64,000 nucleotides of DNA from Vicinamibacteria bacterium (GTDB taxonomy: Bacteria > Acidobacteriota > Vicinamibacteria > Vicinamibacterales > JAENWD01), in assembly GCA_963764495.1 (NCBI GenBank), contig CAVXSR010000022.1:171501-235500 (forward strand). The letters run 5' to 3'. Below the pieces are notes generated by a model. The model saw nothing but the letters and a program-made list of their open reading frames with translations, searched no databases and was not told the DNA's origin. The first letter of the stretch is position 1. Each line of letters opens with the position of its first letter. Below are positions 27,772 to 36,122 of the stretch, in pieces. The position numbers and the translations under genes were made by a program.

Positions 27772-28527
27772 TTAGGGTGCCATCATTCCGCCGTTGATTT
27801 CGATCGTCTGCCCGTGAATGTATCGCGCCGCCTCCGAGCAGAGAAAGAGGATCGTGTCTGCGACGTCCTCGTTGGTGCCGAGTCGTCCGGCCGGGGTCAT
27901 CGCCACGACGCTGTCCAGAATCTGCTTGCTGGAGAAACGCTCGTGGAACGCGTTGTCCACCGTACCGGGGCTGACCGCATTGACGCGAATCCCGTGCGGC
28001 GCGAGCTCGCGGGCCCACCCCTTGGTCAGCGTCAGGATCGAGCCCTTCGCCGCGGCGTAGACGGCCGCGCCCGTGCCGCCGCCCGTACGGGCGGCAATCG
28101 AGCTCAGATTCACGATGACGCCGGCGCCCTGCTTCAGCATGTGCGGGAGGACCGCTTGCGTGATGAAGTAGGCGCTCTTGACGTTCAGGTTCATCACCTC
28201 GTCGTAGAGAGCCTCGCTGCACTCGGTGGTGGCCACGCGCTTCACCAGAGATCCGGCGTTGTTCACCAGGATGTCGATCTCGCGCGGCATGTCGTGCAGG
28301 AAGGCGTGGATGCCGTCGATCGCGCCCAGGTTCGCCTTGAGCAGCGACCCTTTGGCGCCCGCCGCGACCACACCTTTCAGCGTCTCGTCGGCGCCCTCGT
28401 GAAAGCTGTTGTAGTGCAGGAACAGCCGGCCGACGCCGGCCCGCGCGAGCGCGACCGCCGTGGCCGCGCCGATCCCGCGTGACGCGCCTGTGATGAGGGC
28501 CGTCCTCCCCTGGAGTGTATTGGTCAC
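27772..28527 (-). CDS. SDR-family oxidoreductase
   Basis: GTG at 28527 (VTNTLQGRTALITGASRGIG), YAAAKGS catalytic motif, VNAVSPG. Confidence 0.9.
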   Translation of the reverse strand: MTNTLQGRTALITGASRGIGAATAVALARAGVGRLFLHYNSFHEGADETLKGVVAAGAKGSLLKANLGAIDGIHAFLHDMPREIDILVNNAGSLVKRVATTECSEALYDEVMNLNVKSAYFITQAVLPHMLKQGAGVIVNLSSIAARTGGGTGAAVYAAAKGSILTLTKGWARELAPHGIRVNAVSPGTVDNAFHERFSSKQILDSVVAMTPAGRLGTNEDVADTILFLCSEAARYIHGQTIEINGGMMAP

Positions 28528-28645
28528 GTGGTGTCCGACCCGCGGATTATAGCGGCATGGGCGGCGACGGCCGTGACCGTCGGCTCCGTGGCGCGGCGAC
28601 GACCCGACTGACCACGGACGAGATCCTGAAGCACACGCGAGGCTG

Positions 28646-28942
28646 GTGATCAACCCGCTGGTTTACGCCGAAGTATCGATCGGGTTCGATCGAATCGAGG
28701 ACCTGGACGTGGTGCTCGACAGCGCGACGTTCGATCGTCGGTCGCTCCCGTGGGAAGCGGCCTTTCTCGCCGGTAAGGTGTTCCAGAAATACCGATCGGC
28801 CGGCGGGGCCCGCCGATCCCCGCTTCCGGCTTTTTACATCGGCGCCCACGCCGCGATCGCGGGTCTCACGCTGCTCACGCGCGACCCTTGTCGGTATCGC
28901 TCGTACTTCCCGAAGTTACGCGTTATTCGCCCCATAGCTTGA
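28646..28942 (+). pseudogene. PIN-domain (VapC-like) toxin, C-terminal two thirds only
   Basis: INPLVYAEVSIGFDRIEDLD...LPWEAAFLAGKVFQKYRSAGGARRSPLPAFYIGAHAAIAGLTLLTRDPCRYRSYFPKLRVI matches a VapC subfamily from memory. The N-terminal about 40 aa with the first catalytic Asp is missing. An in-frame stop lies about 90 nt upstream. Confidence 0.55.
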
Positions 28943-29067
28943 GGGGCAAACCGAGTGGACTCGCGCTGGCGACGATGCTACCGTCGTCGCGTCTTTCAGC
29001 CGGCACGCCGTTGGCACCGTTCCATCTCGCATCGATCGCCGTCCATCGATGACGGGAGGCCGCATTC

Positions 29068-29538
29068 GTGCCGAAGACGCTGACCAAACGCGTGGAACAC
29101 CTCGAGAAAACCGTCGATTCGCTGCGGGAATTGCCCGCCAGAGTGATACGTGTCGAGGTACGTGTCACGGCTGTCGAAGAGCAGGTTGTGCAACTCCGCG
29201 GCGAGATGCGCGATGGATTTTCTGCTGTGCTGCAGGTGATCGACGCCAGCTCAGTTGCGACCCAGCGCCTGATCGACGAGGCCAGGGCCGAGACGAAGCA
29301 AGGGTTCGCGGATGTACGGGCCGAGATGGTGCAGGGGTTCGCGGAGGTACGGGGCGAGATGGCGCAGGGGTTTGCGGACGTACGGGGCGAGATGGCGCAA
29401 GGATTCGCCACCGTCCGTGTCGAGATGACGCAGGGACTCGGCGACGTGCGCACCGAAATGCGCGTGTTGCACGAGGACCTGGTCGAACGGATTGCCAGGA
29501 TTGGCGAAGGAGGGTCACGAAAGAGACCGCGTCGTTAG
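29068..29538 (+). CDS. coiled-coil protein with five 11-residue (hendecad) repeats
   Basis: GTG start 9 nt after GGGAGG. Heptad-like N-terminus (VEHLEKTVDSLRELPARV), then QGFADVRAEMV / QGFAEVRGEMA / QGFADVRGEMA / QGFATVRVEMT / QGLGDVRTEMR. Confidence 0.7.
   Translation: MPKTLTKRVEHLEKTVDSLRELPARVIRVEVRVTAVEEQVVQLRGEMRDGFSAVLQVIDASSVATQRLIDEARAETKQGFADVRAEMVQGFAEVRGEMAQGFADVRGEMAQGFATVRVEMTQGLGDVRTEMRVLHEDLVERIARIGEGGSRKRPRR
29299..29463 (+). repeat. tandem repeat, 5 x 33 nt, in-frame inside CDS 29068..29538
   Basis: Units start at 29299, 29332, 29365, 29398 and 29431. Units 2 and 3 differ at only 2 positions. Confidence 0.9.
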
Positions 29539-29679
29539 CGGCATATGACCCGGCCTGTCACTGCGCTGCGGTTCACTGGCCCCTCATCAGGAGGGCTCCC
29601 CAGTGCAGACGCGTTTCGCCACCTCGATTTTGTTCGCCATTGTCCTGCATCTCGCTCCAGCGCCGGTTGCGACCCGCCC

Positions 29680-30735
29680 CTACGCGCTGGCCAATCGATT
29701 GAACATGAAGGGCAGCGCCGGCTGCCCTTCACTGTCGGTCAGGCGCGCCGCGCTTCCCGACACGTACTGCTCGCGCGTATCGTCCAGCTCCTCGAGCATC
29801 CAGTCGACCAGGGACGCGGGCGCAAGGACGCGGACCAGGTGGCCGAAGCCGAGCACCCAGCTCCTGAGCGCATAGTCGTCGCAGACGTCCAGCGTCATCA
29901 CGACGGATCCGTCGGTGCGGTCCTTGAACTGTTGCGACGGATGCCACGAGCGCTCCTTGATCGTCGGCGCGATCGCGCGATGAAATCGCAGCTGCACCTT
30001 GATCGTCGGGCCGCGATGGACGCCGAGCGAGCCGCCGAACGGATCGGATTCGAGCTCCGCGACTGGTGTGAACGTCTTCTCCTGCGGGCTCAGTCGCCGG
30101 ATGCGCTCGACAGCGAAGGTCCGCAACTCTGCGTAGGCCGGGACGAAGGCGATCAGGTAGAGGCCACCCTGCGCCTGGATCACGCGATGCGGGTGGGCGA
30201 CATAGTCCTTCTCGCGACCACTGGCCTGCGAGTGATACCGCATGTGGATGATGCGGCGTGACAGGCAGGCTTCGAGAAGCCGGGATGTGGTCTTGTAGAT
30301 CTGGGCGTCGGCCTTCTTGGTCTGACCGGGCTTGGCCTTGATGATCCGTGGCAGGCTGTCGAGGAACTTCTTCATCTGCGGTGTGAGTGCGGCCTCCACC
30401 TTTTCGAGCGCGCTCTCGAGGTCGGCGAGGACGTGGGTGCCGGCGAAGCACTCCAGCAGCGCCCGGCTGAAATACAGGGCGCTCAGCTCCGAGAACGTCA
30501 TGCCGCTCCGCGCCAGACCGCCGAAGCCCTTCGGATCCATCCGCCAGAACTTTGTTCCGTTGACCGTGTCGTCGTAGAGCGGGAAGCCGGCGGCCTGCAG
30601 CGCCGCCAGATCGCGGCGGATTGTGCGCGCATTGACCGTGAACTCCTGCGCCAGCTTCGGGATGGTGTTCCCGCGCGTGGACGCAATCTGGCGCAGCATC
30701 TTCCATTGGCGGATGACTTCTTCGTTACGACGCAT
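29680..30735 (-). CDS. WYL-domain transcriptional regulator (HTH + WYL + C-terminal extension)
   Basis: N-terminal HTH (IPKLAQEFTVNARTIRRDLAALQAAGFPLY). Central IIHMRYHSQASGREKDYVAHPHRVIQAQGGLYLIAF is the WYL signature. 351 aa and intact. Confidence 0.9.
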   Translation of the reverse strand: MRRNEEVIRQWKMLRQIASTRGNTIPKLAQEFTVNARTIRRDLAALQAAGFPLYDDTVNGTKFWRMDPKGFGGLARSGMTFSELSALYFSRALLECFAGTHVLADLESALEKVEAALTPQMKKFLDSLPRIIKAKPGQTKKADAQIYKTTSRLLEACLSRRIIHMRYHSQASGREKDYVAHPHRVIQAQGGLYLIAFVPAYAELRTFAVERIRRLSPQEKTFTPVAELESDPFGGSLGVHRGPTIKVQLRFHRAIAPTIKERSWHPSQQFKDRTDGSVVMTLDVCDDYALRSWVLGFGHLVRVLAPASLVDWMLEELDDTREQYVSGSAARLTDSEGQPALPFMFNRLASA

Positions 30736-30767
30736 CGACGGCTCCGTGGTGTGCCCGAAAAGCGTGA

Positions 30768-31462
30768 ATTCTAACTCTCAACCTGACGATCCTGGTGCCG
30801 TCGCAGCGCACCGTCGTCATTCCCGTCTCCTGCGTAGAGGCAGGCCGCTGGCACCCGGTGACGAGCGGATTCGCCGCGTCGCCTCGGGTGCAGTTCGCAG
30901 AGGGCCCGCCGCGAAGATGCGCGATGTCACGCGATCCCTCGAGCGCGACGGCCGTCGTGTGTCCGACCAGGGGTCCGTCTGGTCACTCATCGATCAGAAG
31001 GCCGCCAGGCTCGACACGCGTTCGGACACCAACGCCATGGCCGCGATGTTCGAGACGCTGCAGGGCTCGATTGATCGGTACATCGCGGCCTTTCCACCGG
31101 TCGAGCGTCAGGTGGGTGCGATTGTGTATGTCAGTGGCCGGCTGGCGGGCCTCGAACTCTTTGACGCGCCCGGCACGTGGCGGAAGCTGTCGGCGAAGGT
31201 GCTTCGCAGTTACGCGCTCGACGCCATCGACCGTCGTCACGCCAAAGCGCGCAAGCCACGCGTCGGCGACGCGACGGTCTTCAGCGACCAGGTGACGTCG
31301 ACGGCCGCATCGACGTTTGCGGCGGCGGGCGAGGGCGAAGACGTCCGTCTGACAAGTCCCACCATTGCCGCAGCGGCGTTGGTGGCACACGGCCGCGCCA
31401 TTCGGGTCAGCGCCTTTCCAGTGAGCGGTGCTTCTGTGCGAGAGGAAGGCCCGCTCATGTAG
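30768..31462 (+). pseudogene. IPVSCVExGRW-family (DUF6569-like, from memory) gene, N-terminally truncated and frameshifted
   Basis: LNLTILVPSQRTVVIPVSCVEAGRWHP is in the frame of ORF 30795..31295. KMRDVTRSLERDGRRVSDQGSVWSLIDQKA...AIVYVSGRLAGLELFDAPGTWRKLSAKVLRSYALDAI is in the frame of ORF 30623..31462. The switch is near 30895-30915. Homology begins only about 32 nt from the WYL gene start. Confidence 0.55.
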
Positions 31463-31487
31463 GGCGGACCTTCGTTGCGCCTTCCTG

Positions 31488-32412
31488 TCAGATTTCCAGC
31501 AGGTCTCGCCCGACGATGATGGGTCCGCGAAAGTTGGCGCGCGCGGCGTCGATCCACATCGCGTCAGTGATTGTGGAATCCTCCGCCGGCACGAGATGCG
31601 AAAGTACCAGCGTCTTGACACCGGCGGCCGCGGCGACTTTGCCGACGTCCTCGACCGCTGTGTGATGCCCGATGATGCTGGCTTTCAACGATGGCGCGTT
31701 CGAGACGTTAGCGATCAGCCGATCGACTGCCGCGGGAAACATGGCTTCGTGGACCAGGACATCTGCGCCGTGTGCCAGGCGCACCAGCGCGTCCGACTTC
31801 CTGGTGTCGCCCGAGATGACGATCGATCGATCGGGTGTGTCGAATCGGTAGGCGAAGGCCGATTGGAGCGGCGGATGATCGACCAACGCGGCGGTCACCC
31901 GGACTCTCCCATCGTCCAGTACCGACGCCTCCACGATCGAGATCGTATGCCCGGAGGAGCGGTGCCAGCGCGACCCGGCCTTCGTCGGCGATTCGCGCGT
32001 CGATGTCCGTCGAATTGAGCGCGAGAAACTGCGTCGTCATACGAGTCAATGGCGCAGGTCCCCAGCAATCGACCGGCGTCTGGAGGCCCGCCGTCCACGC
32101 GAGGAGCAGCAGGTTGCCGTAGTCGGCGTTGTGATCCGAGTGGTGATGCGTGATGAAGACGTGGCGGATCGCCCGGAGCGGGACGTTCGCTGCGACCAGT
32201 TGCCGGGCGACGCCATTGCCGCAATCGATGATGTAGGGCGTCTCGTCCACGAGAATGACCTGCGCGGGCGGAAAGCGGGACGCCCGCGGCCGCGGACCGC
32301 CGGCCGTGCCGAGAAGGATCAGACGCGTCCTACGATCCGGCGTCACCGGGCGTACACGTGGCCGCGGTGTCGCGAGGATTGCAGCGGAACGAAGAAATTC
32401 GCGACGGCGCAT
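31488..32412 (-). pseudogene. Tat-signal MBL-fold metallo-hydrolase, one frame change
   Basis: MRRREFLRSAAIL and HHHSDHNADYG are in ORF 31708..32418. The C-terminal half (ISGDTRKSDALVRLAHGADVLVHEA...LVLSHLVP) is in ORF 31488..31934. The switch is near 31912-31930. Confidence 0.75.
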
Positions 32413-32422
32413 CGGCACAGTT

Positions 32423-32452
32423 TGTACGTAGGCCCGAGCTTTAGCTCGGGCA
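32423..32452. repeat. single REP-like hairpin
   Basis: TACGTAGGCCCGAGC-TTTAG-CTCGGGC, identical core to 25161-25190. Confidence 0.85.
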
Positions 32453-32605
32453 AACTATATTCCTCATATGTCGCTTCCAACCGATCCCGATTGCTACTGG
32501 GTCGAATCCGGTCTGCTCGAGCCGGGGTACTCGCCGGCGAGCATTCGTCCGTGGGTGGCCGGCGCCGACCAGGCGATGACGTATGGCGGTTGACGTACCC
32601 GCATC

Positions 32606-35600
32606 TCAGACCTCCGGTACCCACACATTGGCCATTTCGCCGTACCGGCACCACGCATTCGCCAGCTTCATTTGGCCAGGCGTTTGACACTCTGGCTGGA
32701 GGAGGGCAGGGCTGGCGACGAGAATCACCGCGCATCGCGCCCGTGACGTCGCAACGTTCAGCCGATTGAGGCTGTACAGGAAGCTCATGCCGCGCGGCGC
32801 CTCGTCGGCGGACGACGTCGCCATCGAGCAGATGACGACAGGCGCCTCCTGACCCTGGAAGCGATCGACGGTACCGACTCGCACGCCGGGCAACCGTTCA
32901 TGAAGGGCGTGCACCTGGGTGTTATAGGGCGCGACGATGAGGACGTCGTCCCGCGTGAGCATATGGGCATCGCCGTGGGCGTCAGTCCATGTGCAGCCAT
33001 CAGTCGTTAGCCGCGCGACCAGGTCAGCGACCGCGTCGGCCTCCTCGATCGAGAGGTTCTGGTTGCCCTCGTGAACCACCGGATGGAACCAGAGCCCGGC
33101 GCCTGAAAGGCCATTCGGCCCGTTGAGCGCCTGGCGCTCGAGGCCGGGATATGGCCTGAGTCGCCCCTCGTAGAACAGCTCCGATGTGAACGCGCAGATC
33201 GACGGCGCCAGCCGCCGGGTCTCCGCGATGAACAGCCCACGATCCGCTGGCATGGTCTGGTGATCGCCGAGCACGTGCTGCAGGACTGAGGCGTCGGCGC
33301 CATCCGGGTGTGTCGCTTTGAGCGGTTGGTCGAGTTGCCGCGGATCGCCGAGCAGGATCAGGTTCCTGGCGGACCGCGACGCCGCGAGCACATTCGCCAG
33401 CGACATCTGCCCGGCTTCGTCAATCAGCAGCGTGTCGAGCGTGCCCTGCATTTCCGGTCGCGCCCATAGCCAGCACGTCCCGCCGACCACGTCGGCCTGG
33501 CGGGTCTCCAAAGCGTCGAGCACGTCCTCGTTCGAGTCCACCTCTCGAATCGGACCACGGTCGTCCGACAACTCGCCGGGTTTCTGGACGCAGCGCGGCG
33601 TGATGTCTTCCTGCGCCGCGGCGTCGAGCGCCGCGTTCATCTGATGACGAATCACCTTGTGGCCGGTCGCGCAGACGCCCACCGTTCGATGGTTGATCGC
33701 CATCTCGCAGACCATTCGCGCGCCGGTGAACGTCTTGCCGGCGCCTGGTGGGCCCTGTACGGCGAGCGTGCTCTCGTCGAGCGACACCGCCAGTCGCCGC
33801 GCTTGCGCCATGTCGTCTTCACCCGCAATGGACCACGCGCTGCCGGGCTTCAAGACCGGCACCTCACCGAGCAACAGCCGCCGCGCGACCCGATACTCGC
33901 CCGATCCGTCGAGCCCATGCTCGGCCACCCACTCACCGAGACGAAACAGCGAGTCGGCCAGGACGTCCGTGCCGATGATGAAGCGGGAAATCACGGTGCG
34001 CGGTCGCTCGGCTGCCGTCGCGACCATGTGCTTGATGTCGACGGTTCGAGACTCTCGATCGAGCGCGACCAGCGTGCCGACCTTGTGCGTCGCAGATGTC
34101 AGGAGCTCCGCGCCGTCGCGAATGTCCGCTTCCTGAGGCGGAAAGCGGTACCGATTCACGACGGTCTTCTTCGTCGCCGACACTTCCGCAACGAACTCGA
34201 GACCGACGAGCGCCTCTTTTTCATCGATCAGCGCTTCCTCCTCCAGATCGGTCAACCGGTAGAACTCCCACCAGACGGCCTTGTCCTCGCGACGGTGGAA
34301 CTCCAGCAGCTGCGCCAGGAGCCATCGCCCCTGCTGGTCCCGTGAGCGTTGAGCCCGATCGACCGGCAAGCCTGTCAGCAGCCGGTCCTTCAACGCACGC
34401 GTCCTGGCGTCCCGCTCCTTGATTCTTTCTTCTGGCTCACCTTCCAGCGCTGTCGGCCGTGGAACCGGCGTCCCAGTGGCGACTAGCTCGGCTCGAAGCT
34501 GCTCCAACCAGTCGCGGAGCCGAGCCGCCGAGAGGCAATCGTCACGGTTGTACGACTCGATCGCCGTTCGCAGACGCTCGCGATCCTGCACAGGCTGGTT
34601 CGTCTCGAGCAGGTACTCCATTTCGTGCAGGGCCTGCGAGGCATCAGCGAGCGGCGTTTCCCTGGCGAAACCGTAGAACCGCTCGAGCGACTTGATCGAG
34701 TAGCGCTCCACGCTTGCGCGGAGCGACTGCCGGACGATGGCGTACAGATCGACGAGAACCCCACCCCTGAGCAGCCGATCGATCTCGTCGCCGCACACAC
34801 CGTACTTGCCCATCATGCGCTTCAGCGCCGATGGCTCGTACGGGGCGTAATGGTAGATGTGAAGATCGGGGAAGTGCTCGAGGCGGTCCATCACGAACGC
34901 GATGAATGCTTCGAAGGCTGCCTTCTCCGCTTCCGCATTCAGCGCCCACCGGGCCTGATAGGTCAGAGTGCCGTCGTCGCCCGGCGCGACCCAGCCGAAG
35001 AGATATTCCAGCCCCGACGATCCGGCGAACGGGTCGCCCTCGAAGTCGAGAAAGATGTCGCCGCGCGATGGCGCCGGCAGCCGCTGGAGTCCGCGTTCTG
35101 CCTCGAGCGGCAGCAGCTCGTGACGTGGCGTTCCTGTCGTGCGGCCGGCAAGCTGTATACGCGCTTGTTCGCGAACGCGGGTCAACGCCTCGCGCGAGCC
35201 GCGCTCGGGCCTGAACGAAAGCGGCAACTCCAGACCCGCCAGCGCGGTGAGCGTCCGGACCTCGTGCTGGAGAAGCTCGTGGATCTGCAGGCGCCTGATG
35301 CCGGCGACGAGGCTCAAGTGGTCGTCGGCGCGACGACGTGCGCTGCACGCGCCGGACCAGCGACAGATATCGCAATGCGGTGTCGGATCGGGGTAGGTCC
35401 CTTTCGTCCCACCATGGCCGACGGCCACGCGGAGTCCGGCTCGGACCATGCGGCAATAGGCGGCGAAGTCGTCGAGACGATACGTCTGGTGGACGACCGG
35501 ATCGCCGGGTGTAACGACGTGAAAATGCTCGGGTCGTACTCCCTGCAGCTCGCCGACCATGTCCGAGTAGACGCACAGCTGCAGGATCGTCGCGCCGCGC

Positions 35601-36019
35601 GTCTCGCGCGCGAGCTTCGTGTCCAGCGCCTCGTACGACCACGGCCCCAGATTGCTGGGTATCTCGGTGCGGAGCAGGACGTCCGCATAGCCCGCCCAGC
35701 CGGCATGGCCGAGCGGCGCCTGGACGATGGCGCCGGCGCCCGAGCTCATTGCCGCGCGGGTCGCCTCGAAGCGCTCCTGCGTCAGTCCCTCGCCCGGCAC
35801 GTCCGCGACGACGAGCCCACTTTGGCGCAGAGACTCGACGAACACGCGCTCGTGCTCGAGGCCGCGCGCCCTCAGCGCGTCGAGGAGCTGCGACTGCGCG
35901 GCCGGCGGCCGCAGCTGTCCTTGCGCCACCGCGAGATCGAGCGTCGTCAGGTGCGGGCAGACCAGGTGGTTGGAGAGGTCGGAAGGGGAGAGACGAAGAG
36001 CGCCGTCGGCGAATTTCAC
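32606..36019 (-). CDS. RecB/Cas4-like Fe-S PD-(D/E)XK nuclease + RNase H-like exonuclease + SF1 (Upf1/Dna2-like) helicase fusion, TM0106-type
   Basis: Intact 1137-aa ORF. N-terminal Cys (VCPHL), GYADVLL, EALDTKL, QLCVYSDM and CDICRWSGAC. Then IFLDFEGDPF, HIYHYAPYEPSALKR, SYSIKSLE and YNRDDCLSAARLRDWL. Helicase motifs GPPGAGKT, LLIDEAGQMS, LLGDPRQL, VGTVDRFQGQEAPVV and LNVATSRAR. Confidence 0.9.
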   Translation of the reverse strand: MKFADGALRLSPSDLSNHLVCPHLTTLDLAVAQGQLRPPAAQSQLLDALRARGLEHERVFVESLRQSGLVVADVPGEGLTQERFEATRAAMSSGAGAIVQAPLGHAGWAGYADVLLRTEIPSNLGPWSYEALDTKLARETRGATILQLCVYSDMVGELQGVRPEHFHVVTPGDPVVHQTYRLDDFAAYCRMVRAGLRVAVGHGGTKGTYPDPTPHCDICRWSGACSARRRADDHLSLVAGIRRLQIHELLQHEVRTLTALAGLELPLSFRPERGSREALTRVREQARIQLAGRTTGTPRHELLPLEAERGLQRLPAPSRGDIFLDFEGDPFAGSSGLEYLFGWVAPGDDGTLTYQARWALNAEAEKAAFEAFIAFVMDRLEHFPDLHIYHYAPYEPSALKRMMGKYGVCGDEIDRLLRGGVLVDLYAIVRQSLRASVERYSIKSLERFYGFARETPLADASQALHEMEYLLETNQPVQDRERLRTAIESYNRDDCLSAARLRDWLEQLRAELVATGTPVPRPTALEGEPEERIKERDARTRALKDRLLTGLPVDRAQRSRDQQGRWLLAQLLEFHRREDKAVWWEFYRLTDLEEEALIDEKEALVGLEFVAEVSATKKTVVNRYRFPPQEADIRDGAELLTSATHKVGTLVALDRESRTVDIKHMVATAAERPRTVISRFIIGTDVLADSLFRLGEWVAEHGLDGSGEYRVARRLLLGEVPVLKPGSAWSIAGEDDMAQARRLAVSLDESTLAVQGPPGAGKTFTGARMVCEMAINHRTVGVCATGHKVIRHQMNAALDAAAQEDITPRCVQKPGELSDDRGPIREVDSNEDVLDALETRQADVVGGTCWLWARPEMQGTLDTLLIDEAGQMSLANVLAASRSARNLILLGDPRQLDQPLKATHPDGADASVLQHVLGDHQTMPADRGLFIAETRRLAPSICAFTSELFYEGRLRPYPGLERQALNGPNGLSGAGLWFHPVVHEGNQNLSIEEADAVADLVARLTTDGCTWTDAHGDAHMLTRDDVLIVAPYNTQVHALHERLPGVRVGTVDRFQGQEAPVVICSMATSSADEAPRGMSFLYSLNRLNVATSRARCAVILVASPALLQPECQTPGQMKLANAWCRYGEMANVWVPEV

Positions 36020-36122
36020 GGGAATTGGTTGATCGCTGAGGCCAGCCTATAGCTCAGTCCAGGGAACGACAAGGTCCTTGTCCGCCAATACGGCCCGCGT
36101 GAAAGAATCTCGCCTGTCAACG

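Noticed and set aside
28556-28639. A 27-codon ORF (MGGDGRDRRLRGAATTRLTTDEILKHTRGW*) as a VapB antitoxin remnant
   Set aside because: Too short, Arg/Gly-rich, and I cannot tie the ending to a specific antitoxin family. It is left unannotated.
29299-29463. The tandem 33-nt repeats as a possible CRISPR array
   Set aside because: The units are directly adjacent with no spacers, in-frame within a CDS with a good RBS, and encode a regular hendecad peptide. No cas genes are in the window.
28528-36019. Calling the 28.5-36 kb stretch a mobile genetic element or prophage
   Set aside because: No integrase, transposase, tRNA attachment site, flanking direct repeats or phage structural genes were recognised. 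I treat it as an accessory or decaying region only.
33644-36052. Plus-strand ORFs 33644..34345, 34625..36052 and others opposite the nuclease-helicase
   Set aside because: Shadow ORFs. The minus-strand frame carries the complete set of nuclease and helicase motifs.
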